The position numbers and the translations under genes are program-made. Shown here piece by piece: positions 28,140 to 37,800 of a stretch of 64,000 nucleotides of DNA. How positions within the stretch are numbered: position 1 is the first letter of the stretch; each line of letters starts with the position of its first letter. Origin of the DNA: Gemmatimonadales bacterium (GTDB taxonomy: Bacteria > Gemmatimonadota > Gemmatimonadetes > Gemmatimonadales > GWC2-71-9); contig JBOHSD010000002.1 in the NCBI GenBank assembly GCA_050733075.1, forward strand, positions 174,649 through 238,648, given 5' to 3'. Under the pieces are notes generated by a model that ran no database searches, was not told the origin of the DNA, and was given only the letters and a program-made list of their open reading frames with translations.

Positions 28140-29208
28140 CTCTATTAAAGAAACGAAGATAGCTCAGAGGGTCAGATCGAGCAACCAGTTCTTCGCCACC
28201 TGCGACACCAAGTGCATCCCTTAAATCCGAGGGCCACTCGGCATGAAACTCAAGTTGTGCTCCGCTCACAGGATGGCGGAATGCCAGAGCCGCCGCGTGG
28301 AGTGCCTGCCGCGGGGTGGATCGCTCCAGGAGCCCGGCCGCTCGGCGCGGCGAGCCGGAGATTCGCCGGCTCCCACCGCCGCCATAGACCGGATCTCCCA
28401 CGATCGGGTGGCCCAGATGCTCCAGATGAACCCGGATCTGGTGGGTGCGGCCGGTATGCAGCTCCAGTCTCAGCAGGTCTACGACCTCGAAGCGGGCGAC
28501 CACCGTGGCGTGGGTCCGTGCCGGTCTGCCCTGGGGGGAAACGGTCATGCGCTTCCGGTCCTGCCGATGCCGGGCGAGCGGGGCATCGATGCGCACCGAG
28601 CCGGAGTCCAGGTGGCCCCAGACCAAGGCGGCGTAGACGCGCCGCACCCGGCGGGCAGCGATGGCAGCCCCTAACCTCCGATGGGCCAGGTCGGTCTTGG
28701 CCACTATCATGAGGCCGGAGGTGTCCCGGTCGAGCCGATGCACGATCCCGGGACGTCCCTCGGCGCCGCCTGCCAGCGTGGTGCCCCGGGCCACGAGGGC
28801 GTTCACGAGGGTGTCGCCCCAATGTCCGGGAGCCGGATGCACCACCAGCCCGGCAGGTTTGTCGATGATGGCTAGGTGCTCATCCTCGAACACCACTGCC
28901 AGGGGGATGGCAGCGGGTTGGATGGTGCGGGGCGGCTGATGGGCGGGGATTCGAATGGTTACCCGTTCGCCGCGCACCAGGAGCCGCGAGGCACGGGCGG
29001 GCTTGCCCTCCACCGCCACCAGCTTGTCGGCCACCAGCCGAGCGGCCTGGGTGCGAGACACCGCCAACTGGTCGGCCAGGAACCGGTCGAGACGCTCGGT
29101 TTGTGAGCTGAGAACGGTAAGGTCGATCTCGTGAGCGGCCGAGGTACCGGGAGCGTCAATCGGGCAGTCCTTCCCGCCTTCCCCGCTTCCCCGCTTCCCC
29201 GCTGTCAT
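28132..29208 (-). CDS. rluD: 23S rRNA pseudouridine synthase RluD family
   Basis: S4 domain (RLDRFLADQLAVSRTQAARLV) and catalytic HRLDRDTSGLMIVAKT. Start set at ATG 29208 (MTAGKRG), 1 nt after the lspA stop. The ORF-track start lies inside lspA. Confidence 0.88.
   Translation of the reverse strand: MTAGKRGSGEGGKDCPIDAPGTSAAHEIDLTVLSSQTERLDRFLADQLAVSRTQAARLVADKLVAVEGKPARASRLLVRGERVTIRIPAHQPPRTIQPAAIPLAVVFEDEHLAIIDKPAGLVVHPAPGHWGDTLVNALVARGTTLAGGAEGRPGIVHRLDRDTSGLMIVAKTDLAHRRLGAAIAARRVRRVYAALVWGHLDSGSVRIDAPLARHRQDRKRMTVSPQGRPARTHATVVARFEVVDLLRLELHTGRTHQIRVHLEHLGHPIVGDPVYGGGGSRRISGSPRRAAGLLERSTPRQALHAAALAFRHPVSGAQLEFHAEWPSDLRDALGVAGGEELVARSDPLSYLRFFNRDG
29170..29201. repeat. tandem octamer array (CTTCCCCG x3 plus a degenerate unit) in the first 13 codons of rluD
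   Basis: cttcccg-c-cttccccg-cttccccg-cttccccg read directly on the plus strand. On the coding strand this is CGGGGAAG repeats encoding GKRGSGEGGK. Confidence 0.85.
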
Positions 29209-29209
29209 A

Positions 29210-29740
29210 TCATGCAGTCGAGACCGACTCCGAGTCTGCCCGGCGGGTGTCCTCCCTCCAGAGCGAGACGGCGAGAGCAATGGCGCCGCAGCTCACGGCG
29301 ATATCTGCGACGTTGAAGGTGGGCCAGCGCAGGGCACCGATGCCCACATCGAGAAAGTCGACTACGCCCCGGGCGCTCCGTACCCGGTCGATCAGGTTTC
29401 CGGCGGCGCCACCCGCAACCAGGCCGAGGGCCAGCTGGCGGAAACGGTCGCCGATAGGGCTGGTGCGCGACATCCGGGCCAGGACGAACACGGCGACCAG
29501 CGCCACCGCGAAGAAGATCCAGCGGGAGTAGGGCCCCACATGGAGCCCGAACGCGGCGCCCTGGTTGTAGACCAGGCGAAGCTGGAACCAGTCGCCGAAT
29601 ACCGAGACCCCCGGGGTGCGGAGCAGGGTGGCCTCGGCGATCAGCTTGGTGATGAGATCGAGCACCAGGGTGGCCAGCGCCGTCAGCACGAACAGCCGGC
29701 GCGGGGAGCCCGCTCCAGCGGCCTCAACGTCGCTTGCCAT
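29210..29740 (-). CDS. lspA: lipoprotein signal peptidase II
   Basis: 176 aa, 4 TM helices, with NQGAAFG and GAAGNLIDR / FNVADIAV motifs. Confidence 0.92.
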   Translation of the reverse strand: MASDVEAAGAGSPRRLFVLTALATLVLDLITKLIAEATLLRTPGVSVFGDWFQLRLVYNQGAAFGLHVGPYSRWIFFAVALVAVFVLARMSRTSPIGDRFRQLALGLVAGGAAGNLIDRVRSARGVVDFLDVGIGALRWPTFNVADIAVSCGAIALAVSLWREDTRRADSESVSTA

Positions 29741-30107
29741 CTTCCTCTCTCTCTTTGCAGGTGATACACAGCCGGGCGTGCGGCAATGCGTCCAGCCGCT
29801 CGAAGTTGATCTCCTGGCCGCACTGCTGGCAATGTCCGAACTTGTCGGGGCTGCCGTAGAGACGCCGGAGCGCCTCGTTCACGTGCCAAAGATAGCGGCC
29901 TTCCTGCGACGCGAAGAGGAACTGCTTTTCCCGCTCCATCGCATCGGTACCCTGATCCGCCATGTGGAACGAATAGGAGGAGAGATCGCCGTCGGAGGAC
30001 TGCAGCGTTGCATTGAAGGACTCGTCGTAGTAGCCCAGCTCCTTCATCACGCGGGCGCGCTCCTCCATCAGGCGCTTCTCCAGATGAGCCAGTTGTTTCT
30101 TGTTCAT
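29724..30107 (-). CDS. DksA/TraR-family C4 zinc-finger protein (YlyA-like position)
   Basis: 127 aa. CQQCGQEINFERLDALPHARLCITCK is the C4 zinc finger. Sits between ileS and lspA, as ylyA does in Bacillus. Confidence 0.85.
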   Translation of the reverse strand: MNKKQLAHLEKRLMEERARVMKELGYYDESFNATLQSSDGDLSSYSFHMADQGTDAMEREKQFLFASQEGRYLWHVNEALRRLYGSPDKFGHCQQCGQEINFERLDALPHARLCITCKEREEDGKRR

Positions 30108-30121
30108 TACTCGTCCATTGG

Positions 30122-33100
30122 TTAAGGGCCGACTCCATCCCGGCCGTCTTGATGACGTTGCACTCCCACCACCACCCCGTACCCGTCGATGTCCAGCTGC
30201 TGCTCCAAGTCAGGCGCGGGAGCGCGGGCGCCGACCTCCAGACACCGCGCAAGCGTCTCGGTACGAATGAATCCGGCATGTGCCCGAACCCCGTCGAGCA
30301 CCCGCCCGTCACCGTCGATCCACAGCCCGATGCGGTCGCTGTACTGGTACCCCGCCTCTTTGCGAATGCGCTGTACCCGGTTCACAACCTCGCGAGCCAG
30401 CCCTTCGCGGACGAGCGCCTCGTCCAAATGAGGGTTCAGCGCTGCCACGAACGGCCCACTGCTCTGCACCAGCCAGTCGCTGGCGACCTCCCGCTCCACG
30501 GCGACGTCTTCCGGAAGGTAGGTCACCGGCTCCCCTTCCAGCTCGAGGGTGGCGGGACTGCCGTCCTCGAGATTCCTGAGCTGCCCCGGCGTGAGGGCGG
30601 AGGCTGCCGCCGCCACAGCCGGGGTGCGGCTGCCGTAGCGCTTGCCCAGGGTGCGAAAGTTGGGCCGCGGTCGCAGCCGCACCAGGTCGGTGTCGGAGGC
30701 GACGATGTCGATCTCCTTCACGTTGACCTCCAGGCGCAGCAGATCCAACAGCTCGTCCAGCATGGGCCCGCGGACCGCCGCCGGCACCGCGACCTGCATT
30801 CGGCCCAGCGGCTGCCGTACCCGGAGATTTCGCTCTTCGCGAGCCGAACGGGCCAGCGAAGCCAACCGCCGCACGGCGTCCATGGCGGCCTCCAGCTGGG
30901 CCGAGCGGAGCCCACGAGGTAGCGGAAACCGTGCAAGATGCGCAGATGTTCCCGCCAGCGCCCGGTGGAGCCAGTCGCTTACGAACGGTGCGGCCGGCGC
31001 AAGCAGGCGACTGACGGTGGTCAGGGCTTCATGAAGCGTGGCGAGGGCGCTCCGATCAGCGACCGTATCTGGAGCCCAGAAGCGGGACCGGTTCACCCGC
31101 ACGTACCACTGGGAAACGTCATCCACCACGAAGTCCATGATGGCCCGGACCCCCGCGGTCACGTCATACCCATTCCACGCGGCTCCCACCGTTTCCACCG
31201 TGGCATCGAGGCGGCTCAGCAGCCATCGGTCCACCAGTGGCCGCTCGCTGGCGGGAGGCGACTCCGCCGGGCTCCACTCGCCGGCGTAGTCGGCAAAGAA
31301 CTTGTAGCTGTTCTTGAGGGCGTTGAGGAACTTGCCGGCGACCTCCGGAATGGTCCGGGGATCGAACCGTTTGGGCAGCCAGACCTGGCTGGACGCCAGA
31401 AGATACAGCCGGATCGTGTCGGCCCCGAACTGCTCGATCATACTCCAGGGGTCAACCACGTTTCCCCTGCTCTTCGACATCTTCTGGCCCTCGGGGTCGA
31501 GCACCAGCTCGTTCACGATCACGTGCCGGTAGGCCAGGTCATCGAAGACGCCGGCCGCAATTGCCAGGAGCGAGTAGAACCAGCCCCGGGTCTGGTCCAC
31601 ACCCTCGCAGATGAAGTCCGCCGGGAAATGGCGCTCGAACTCGCCCTGGTGCTCGAACGGGTAATGCCACTGGGCGTAGGGCATGGAGCCCGAGTCAAAC
31701 CAGGCGTCGATCACCTCGGGGGTGCGACGCATCACTCCGCCGCAGCGACACGCCCAGGTGAATTGATCGATGAACGGCTTATGGGGATCGAAGCCTTCAG
31801 GCAACGCGCGGCCCCAACGTTCGGCAAGCTGGGCATAGCTCCCGATCACCTCGACATGGGCAGGGTCCGCCTGGCACACCCATACCGGAAGCGGCGTCCC
31901 CCAGTAACGATCGCGCGAGAGCGCCCAGTCGACGTTGTTCGCCAGCCACTCGCCAAACCGCCCTGCCCCCACCTCGGCGGGATGCCAGTCCACCTGGCGA
32001 TTGAGCTCCAGCATCCGCTCCTTGAGGGACGAGGTGCGGACGAACCAGGAGTCGCGGGCGTAATAGATCAGCGGACTGGAGCAGCGCCAGCAGTGCGGGT
32101 AAGCGTGAGTATAGGGTGCGGTGAGATGCCAGCGGCCTTCCTGCTTGAGGCGCCGTACGATCAGGTCGTTGGTCTCTCGGGCAGTCACCAGGCGGCCCTC
32201 GATCTCAGGCCAGGTGGTGCCGGCGAAGGTGCCGTCGGGGCCCACCGGCCGCACCAGCCCGAGCCCATGCTCCAGGCCGGTCTGGTAGTCGTCGGAGCCG
32301 AATGCCGGTGCCAGATGCACCAGACCCGAACCGTCGTCCGCGGTCACGAAGGCGCCGAGCACCACCAGCCGGGATGGCCGGTCTTCGGGAAGCGGAACCA
32401 CCTCGAGCGGGCGCTGGTAACGGAGGCCGATCAGGTCGCGCCCCTTGAAGGTGCGGGTAGCGCCGATCTCGCCGAAGCTGGGGGCGCCCGGCTGGGGGCC
32501 GCTCGGCAGCGATGATCTAGAGGTGGCCAGGATCAGCCGGCGACCGTCTACCGGGTACTCGCCATACTCCAGATCAGGGTGCACCGCCACCGCGACGTTG
32601 GAGAGCAGCGTCCACGGCGTGGTGGTCCAGACCAGGAGCTGGCGGCTGGGATCATCCGCTGTCGGGAAGGTCACATAAACCGAGTTGGTCGTGACCGTCT
32701 CGTAGCCCAGGGCCAGCTCATGGCTCGACAACACGGTTCCGCAACGGGGGCAGTACGGCAAGACCCGGTGGCCGCGATGGAGCAGGTCGCGCTGGTGCAG
32801 CCGGCTGAGCAGCCACCATACGGTTTCGATGTAGTCGTTGGTGAAGGTGACGTACGGGTGCTCGTAGTCCAGCCAATAGCCGATGCGATCCGACAGGTTT
32901 TCCCACTCGGCCTTGTACCTGAAGACGCTCTCGCGGGCCCGGGCGTTGAACCTCTCGACCCCATACTTCTCGATATCCTTTTTCCCGCTGAGCTGGAGCT
33001 CCTTCTCGACCTCGATCTCCACCGGCAGGCCGTGGGTGTCCCACCCCGCTATCCGGGTCACCGATTTGCCCTGCATGGAGTGAAACCGGCAGACCAGATC

Positions 33101-33295
33101 CTTGATCGTCCGGGAGAAGACGTGATGGATCCCGGGGCGGCCGTTGGCGGTAGGAGGCCCCTCATAGAAGACGAACGGGGGCTGATCCCGCCCAGCCTCA
33201 ATGGTCTGGCGAAAGAGTCCCTCGGTCTTCCAGAGCTCGAGCTGCCGCTGCTCGAGGGCATCGGCGGTGAGATCGGGCCAGGACGGGTACGACAT
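30122..33295 (-). CDS. ileS: isoleucine--tRNA ligase (long, type-2-like)
   Basis: PPTANGRPGIHHVFSRTIKD (HIGH region) and KMSKSRGN (KMSKS). Start set at MSYPSWPDL, with a TGATG junction to the PNP stop at 33295. Confidence 0.95.
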   Translation of the reverse strand: MSYPSWPDLTADALEQRQLELWKTEGLFRQTIEAGRDQPPFVFYEGPPTANGRPGIHHVFSRTIKDLVCRFHSMQGKSVTRIAGWDTHGLPVEIEVEKELQLSGKKDIEKYGVERFNARARESVFRYKAEWENLSDRIGYWLDYEHPYVTFTNDYIETVWWLLSRLHQRDLLHRGHRVLPYCPRCGTVLSSHELALGYETVTTNSVYVTFPTADDPSRQLLVWTTTPWTLLSNVAVAVHPDLEYGEYPVDGRRLILATSRSSLPSGPQPGAPSFGEIGATRTFKGRDLIGLRYQRPLEVVPLPEDRPSRLVVLGAFVTADDGSGLVHLAPAFGSDDYQTGLEHGLGLVRPVGPDGTFAGTTWPEIEGRLVTARETNDLIVRRLKQEGRWHLTAPYTHAYPHCWRCSSPLIYYARDSWFVRTSSLKERMLELNRQVDWHPAEVGAGRFGEWLANNVDWALSRDRYWGTPLPVWVCQADPAHVEVIGSYAQLAERWGRALPEGFDPHKPFIDQFTWACRCGGVMRRTPEVIDAWFDSGSMPYAQWHYPFEHQGEFERHFPADFICEGVDQTRGWFYSLLAIAAGVFDDLAYRHVIVNELVLDPEGQKMSKSRGNVVDPWSMIEQFGADTIRLYLLASSQVWLPKRFDPRTIPEVAGKFLNALKNSYKFFADYAGEWSPAESPPASERPLVDRWLLSRLDATVETVGAAWNGYDVTAGVRAIMDFVVDDVSQWYVRVNRSRFWAPDTVADRSALATLHEALTTVSRLLAPAAPFVSDWLHRALAGTSAHLARFPLPRGLRSAQLEAAMDAVRRLASLARSAREERNLRVRQPLGRMQVAVPAAVRGPMLDELLDLLRLEVNVKEIDIVASDTDLVRLRPRPNFRTLGKRYGSRTPAVAAAASALTPGQLRNLEDGSPATLELEGEPVTYLPEDVAVEREVASDWLVQSSGPFVAALNPHLDEALVREGLAREVVNRVQRIRKEAGYQYSDRIGLWIDGDGRVLDGVRAHAGFIRTETLARCLEVGARAPAPDLEQQLDIDGYGVVVGVQRHQDGRDGVGP

Positions 33296-34128
33296 CAGGG
33301 AAGGCGCTCCACCACCAGCCTGATCAGCCGGGTCAGCGACGGCTCGGCTCGCGCGGCAGTGGCGATGATCCGGCCGATATCGGCGGGCTCCAGCGCGTCG
33401 GGCAGGCACTGATCGGTTATGATCGAGATTCCCAGCGTCCGCATTCCGGCATGCGCCGCCACGATTACTTCGGGCACCGTTGACATGCCAACGACATCGG
33501 CCCCCATGCCCCGGAGCATGCGGTACTCGGCCCGGGTCTCCAGGCTGGGGCCGGGCACCGCCACATATACTCCCTCGCGCAGCACTATGCCGAGCTCCAG
33601 CGCGGCCGCTCTGGCGACCGCCCGCAGTGCGGCGTCGTAGGGGTCCGACATATCGGGAAATCGAGAGCCCAGCCGCTCGTCATTGGGCCCCACCAGCGGA
33701 TTGTCACCCAGCAGGTTGATGTGATCGCTGAGAAGAACCAGATCGCCCGGACTCCAAAGCGGGTTCATGCCGCCGCAGGCATTGGAGACGACCAGTGTGC
33801 TGGCTCCGAGGGCACGCATCACGCGAACGGGAAAGGTCACTGCGGCGAGATCATAGCCCTCGTAGCGGTGAAATCGGCCCTGCATTGCAACCACGGGCCG
33901 CCCTCCCAGCCGGCCGAGCAGCAGCCGGCCGGCATGGCTCTCGACGGTTGAAAGCGGAAAGCCGGGGATCTCCTCGTATGAAACAGACGCTTCGGCGGCG
34001 ATCTCCGCGGCGAGACCACCGAGGCCGGTTCCCAGAATGATGCCTGCCTCCGGCGTCATTCGAGCATGCTCGCGCACGACCTCTACAGCGGCCTGGACCC
34101 GTTCGAGCAGCGCCGGAGCGGCGGTCAC
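33295..34128 (-). CDS. purine nucleoside phosphorylase (trimeric PNP/MTAP family)
   Basis: 277 aa. GIILGTGLGGLA, GFPLSTVESHAGRLLLG, QGRFHRYEGY, VSNACGGMNP and VGMSTVPEVI. Confidence 0.88.
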   Translation of the reverse strand: MTAAPALLERVQAAVEVVREHARMTPEAGIILGTGLGGLAAEIAAEASVSYEEIPGFPLSTVESHAGRLLLGRLGGRPVVAMQGRFHRYEGYDLAAVTFPVRVMRALGASTLVVSNACGGMNPLWSPGDLVLLSDHINLLGDNPLVGPNDERLGSRFPDMSDPYDAALRAVARAAALELGIVLREGVYVAVPGPSLETRAEYRMLRGMGADVVGMSTVPEVIVAAHAGMRTLGISIITDQCLPDALEPADIGRIIATAARAEPSLTRLIRLVVERLP

Positions 34129-34646
34129 TGGGGACCTCCGGTCGTCCGATCGGGTGGCGGGGTGGCGCCGCCGGGACCAGTCCGTCGCTGAAGGCCGTCC
34201 ACCTCGCCCAGGTGTCGCTCCAGCAGGGTTCGGAAGCTCGCCACGTAGGCGGCGAATTGGCGTGCGGCTCCGTCGGCGCGCTCTCGCACCACGGCCTCAT
34301 CCTGGCGCGCCCATTCAATGATCCGCTCGGCCTCGGCCTTGGCCTCACGCAGCAACAACTCCGCCTCACGCTCGGCCTGTGCCTTGCTGTCCACTCTCAG
34401 TTGCTGGGCCGCAATCAGCGCCTCGTTCATGGCTCGTTCCCGGTCGCGGAACGCCCGCAGCTGGTCCTGTGCCCCCCGGAGTCGCTCCTCGTATTGGGCG
34501 CGATCACGCAGCAGCCTTTCGAGCTCGTCGGAGATCGCGAGCTTGAACTCGTTCACCTGGTTTCGGTCGAACCCGCGAAACGCGTGGGTGAACTCCTGCG
34601 ACCGCACATCCAGTGGGGTGAGATGGAAGGCGTGATCGTCGCTCAT
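34125..34646 (-). CDS. divIVA: DivIVA-domain protein
   Basis: Start at MSDDHAFHLTPLDVRSQEFTHAFRGFDRNQVNEF (DivIVA N-terminal signature), then coiled coil. ATGA overlap with the yggS stop. The ORF-track extension to 35099 is antisense noise within yggS. Confidence 0.85.
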   Translation of the reverse strand: MSDDHAFHLTPLDVRSQEFTHAFRGFDRNQVNEFKLAISDELERLLRDRAQYEERLRGAQDQLRAFRDRERAMNEALIAAQQLRVDSKAQAEREAELLLREAKAEAERIIEWARQDEAVVRERADGAARQFAAYVASFRTLLERHLGEVDGLQRRTGPGGATPPPDRTTGGPQ

Positions 34647-35326
34647 GAGCCTCGCTCGCCGAACAGGACCGTACCCAGCCGGATCATCGTTGCGCCCTCC
34701 TCTACCGCGATGGGATAGTCTCCCGACATGCCCATCGACAGCTCGGGCAGCCGGTGTCCCGAGCGCTCTGCCGAGTCCCGGAGCTCCCGCAGGACCCGGA
34801 AGGCACGGCGCTGTTCGGCCTGGTCTTCGGTCAGCGCGCTCATCGTCATCAGGCCTTGTACCTCGATTCGCTCGAGTCGCTGGAGCTGGTCCAAAAGGCC
34901 CGGAAGCGCTTCGGGCGAGATGCCACCCTTCTGGGGCTCGCCCGAGCAATTGACTTGCACCAGTACACTCTGGCTGCTGCCCGGTGGAAGCCGCCGCTCC
35001 ACCTCGGCAGCGAGATCCAGCCGATCGATCGAGTGAATGAGCGCAAACCGCGAGGCATGGCGGGCCTTGTTGCGTTGCAGGGTGCCGACCAGGTGCCATT
35101 CGAGCTTCAGATCCGACAGCGCTTCCTGCTTCTGAAGCGCCTCCTGGACCCGGCTCTCGCCGATATCCCGAAGACCGGCCGCCACAGCCGCCCTCACGGC
35201 GGCGGGGCCATGGGTTTTAGTGACCCCCACAATCCGCACCGGGTGCCGCCACCCCCGTGCGGCCTGGCATCGGGCCACCGTCTCGCGCACCACGGCGAGT
35301 CGGGCCGGGAGGCCTGGGAAATCCAT
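34643..35326 (-). CDS. yggS: YggS-family pyridoxal-phosphate homeostasis protein
   Basis: 227 aa. VRIVGVTKTHG (PLP-binding Lys), WHLVGTLQRNK and LSMGMSGDY. Confidence 0.9.
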   Translation of the reverse strand: MDFPGLPARLAVVRETVARCQAARGWRHPVRIVGVTKTHGPAAVRAAVAAGLRDIGESRVQEALQKQEALSDLKLEWHLVGTLQRNKARHASRFALIHSIDRLDLAAEVERRLPPGSSQSVLVQVNCSGEPQKGGISPEALPGLLDQLQRLERIEVQGLMTMSALTEDQAEQRRAFRVLRELRDSAERSGHRLPELSMGMSGDYPIAVEEGATMIRLGTVLFGERGS

Positions 35327-35439
35327 AACCCTTTAATTTACCGTGGGATGCTCCGTTATTGAAGCTATGGACCATGGTCAACCGCACACCGGCAAAGTTC
35401 GCAGCCAGGTGGTGGGCTGTTCATTGCCGACCGCGCGAC

Positions 35440-37800
35440 TTATTCCGTCGCAGTATCCGGAGTGCGGATTCTCAGTTCGGTCAGCGCGGCCTGCAGTGCG
35501 GGATTGGGAGACAGTCTGAGCGCATAGTCCAGCGCACGCTGCAGCTTCTCTTCCTCGCCGCGATCGCTGTAGGCATATGCAAGCTGCACGAAGGGGAAGG
35601 ACAACGTGGCGGCGATGCTGGCGCTGGTGCTCTCCAGCCGGGTGACGTCACCCTGAAGCAAGCCGCCATAGCGGTAAGTACCCCAGACCAGCCGTTCGGT
35701 GGTCGGCACATCGAGCGGCGCTCCGGCCAGGCGGCGCAGGTCGAGCGAGGGTGAGGTGGTGTCGGGTCGAGCGGTTTGCAGCGCGAACCCCAGCGCCTGC
35801 TGGACCACGTACTCGCCGAGACCGGCAAACTCGCGCCCGGCGGTAATGGCCCACACGATAGGCCGGCGCCCGACGTTCCGCTGGACGATACTCAGCGAGA
35901 CGATCTCGTTGGGAAGCAGATACGTTCTTGCTTCCAGAGTCCGACGCAACGGTCCCAGCCTGAGCTCCTGACTCTGGGGGACTACGTACCCCATCATGGC
36001 GCTCGCGATCACCGAGTCCGACATGGTGTGGAGTGGCCAGTCGGGCGGAGGACCGGTTTCGTTCTGCCAGATGGCCGGAAGCGCCGAGCGATCTACCGGG
36101 CGTACCGGTGTGTCCCGCAGCTGCCGCATGTACCAGTGGGTGTTGGCCAGCGCGAGACAGACGACCGTCACATCCTGCCGGATTCCCGCGACCTCCTGAG
36201 CCCACCAGAGAGGAAAGGTGTCGTTGTCTCCGTAGGTAAAGAGAATGCCGTAAGGCGGCGCGGTGTTCAGGAGGTCGTAGGCAAAGTCAGCCGCCAGCCG
36301 GGCGTCCGGCCCATGGCGCCTCGATGCGGCCGACCAGTTGAGCACGAACGGAACCAGCGCGAGCACGAGAGCAGTCGGAGCCACGCGGCGTACCATGCCC
36401 CGCTGCTCGAGCAGCGCACGCGCCAGCACCACCAGGCCCATGCCGGCCCAGATTCCCCACACGATGAAGCTCACCACGAAGAAATAGTCCCGCTCGCGGA
36501 CCTCGTGTGTGCCCGGCAGCGGGTATTCATCGAACCAGCGGCCGAATCCCGGCCTGAAGTTCATGTAGATCACCAGACCGACGCCGGTAACCAGGAACAG
36601 GCCGGCGAGCAGCCACCAGGCGGATCGGTCGGACCGGCGCTGGGCCAACGAGCCGCGCAGCCCGAGCCCGGCGTAGAGCACAGCGATCGAAGCCTGCATC
36701 CAGGCTGCGGCCGACTTGGCCCACTGCCAGGTGAAGTACACCACGTAATCGGCCAGCTGGATGCCGAGAAGCGGGAGCGTCCTGCCCGGGTTATCCGGTC
36801 CGTGAGCCACCGTAGGATCGTCGAACGGGGTGCGGGGCGGATACTGGGCCCGGCGGATTACCTCGAGTAGTGCGTCGAGGGTTGCCGGGGCGGCCTCGTT
36901 GATCGGCGGATTCTGTGCCGATCTGATATACAGATAGAGGTAGGGGGTGATGCCGATACAGGCGACGAACAGGGTGAGAAGCGCAAACCCGCCGGCCTTG
37001 CCCAAGGTGGCATATATGGCCGCCGCCGCGAAGCAGAGGCTGCCGATCAGGATCAAGCCGGTGCTGCCGAGGCCGGTGCCGATGAGTAACGCCCACACCC
37101 CCGCCACGACAGCTACCTGCCCCCACTCGGCCCGGCGATCCATGGCGTCGACGGCCGGAGCGGCCCGCAGCGTCGTCACCATGAACATGACGATCGCAGG
37201 ACCCGCCAGAAGGGCCAGCAGGTGGTTACCGATCGAGATGCCGGCGAGGTATACGATCAGCAGCAGCACGCGGGGTGCTCTATCGGTCCCACGCTCCCGG
37301 CGCCACACGTGCGCCAGCCAGCTCATCGCCGCGATGGTGAAGGTGGCGACCGTGTAAACCTCGGTCTCGTTCGAGTTCTGCCAATTGGTGAAGGTGAAGG
37401 CGCCGAGCAAGACCGCCGCAGCCGACCCACCCAGCGCGAGCACCCGGGCAGTCGGATCGGCGAGACCGTAGGTGAATCGCTGGATTGTCGCGTGGGCCAC
37501 CAGGAAGAAGAAGCCGCCGGCGGCGGCGCTCAGCACCGCGCTGAGGAGGTTGGTCCGGACCGCGTATTCCCCCACCGGAACCAGCAGCGCCCAGACGTGA
37601 GCGATCAGGACGAAGAGGGGAGTGCCCGGCGGGTGAGGAATCCCCAGCGTCTTGGCCGCGGCGATGAACTCGCCGGCGTCCCAGAACGTGACGGTCGGAG
37701 CGAGCGTGAGGACGTAGCCGAGAAGGACCAGCGTGGCGACCGCGAAGGCCAGACGGTAAGGCGGGCGGGCAGGCGGATCGTCGAGCGCGGAACCGGCCAC
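35440..37800 (-). CDS. DUF2723-type polytopic membrane glycosyltransferase-like protein with C-terminal TPR-like tail
   Basis: 786 aa. N-terminus LAPTVTFWDAGEFIAAAKTLGIPHPPGTPLF is as I recall for DUF2723/TMEM260-like proteins. More than 10 TM helices. Confidence 0.7.
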   Translation of the reverse strand: MAGSALDDPPARPPYRLAFAVATLVLLGYVLTLAPTVTFWDAGEFIAAAKTLGIPHPPGTPLFVLIAHVWALLVPVGEYAVRTNLLSAVLSAAAGGFFFLVAHATIQRFTYGLADPTARVLALGGSAAAVLLGAFTFTNWQNSNETEVYTVATFTIAAMSWLAHVWRRERGTDRAPRVLLLIVYLAGISIGNHLLALLAGPAIVMFMVTTLRAAPAVDAMDRRAEWGQVAVVAGVWALLIGTGLGSTGLILIGSLCFAAAAIYATLGKAGGFALLTLFVACIGITPYLYLYIRSAQNPPINEAAPATLDALLEVIRRAQYPPRTPFDDPTVAHGPDNPGRTLPLLGIQLADYVVYFTWQWAKSAAAWMQASIAVLYAGLGLRGSLAQRRSDRSAWWLLAGLFLVTGVGLVIYMNFRPGFGRWFDEYPLPGTHEVRERDYFFVVSFIVWGIWAGMGLVVLARALLEQRGMVRRVAPTALVLALVPFVLNWSAASRRHGPDARLAADFAYDLLNTAPPYGILFTYGDNDTFPLWWAQEVAGIRQDVTVVCLALANTHWYMRQLRDTPVRPVDRSALPAIWQNETGPPPDWPLHTMSDSVIASAMMGYVVPQSQELRLGPLRRTLEARTYLLPNEIVSLSIVQRNVGRRPIVWAITAGREFAGLGEYVVQQALGFALQTARPDTTSPSLDLRRLAGAPLDVPTTERLVWGTYRYGGLLQGDVTRLESTSASIAATLSFPFVQLAYAYSDRGEEEKLQRALDYALRLSPNPALQAALTELRIRTPDTATE

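Noticed and set aside
33296-33409. 5' extensions of ileS (to 33409), divIVA (to 35099), the PE gene (to 46889), cheD (to 14527), rpiB (to 61559), hbd (to 63859) and the dehydrogenase (to 62931)
   Set aside because: Each extension runs into the upstream gene in another frame and encodes R/P/G-rich sequence. Shorter starts give canonical N-termini and ATGA, TGATG or TTGA coupling.
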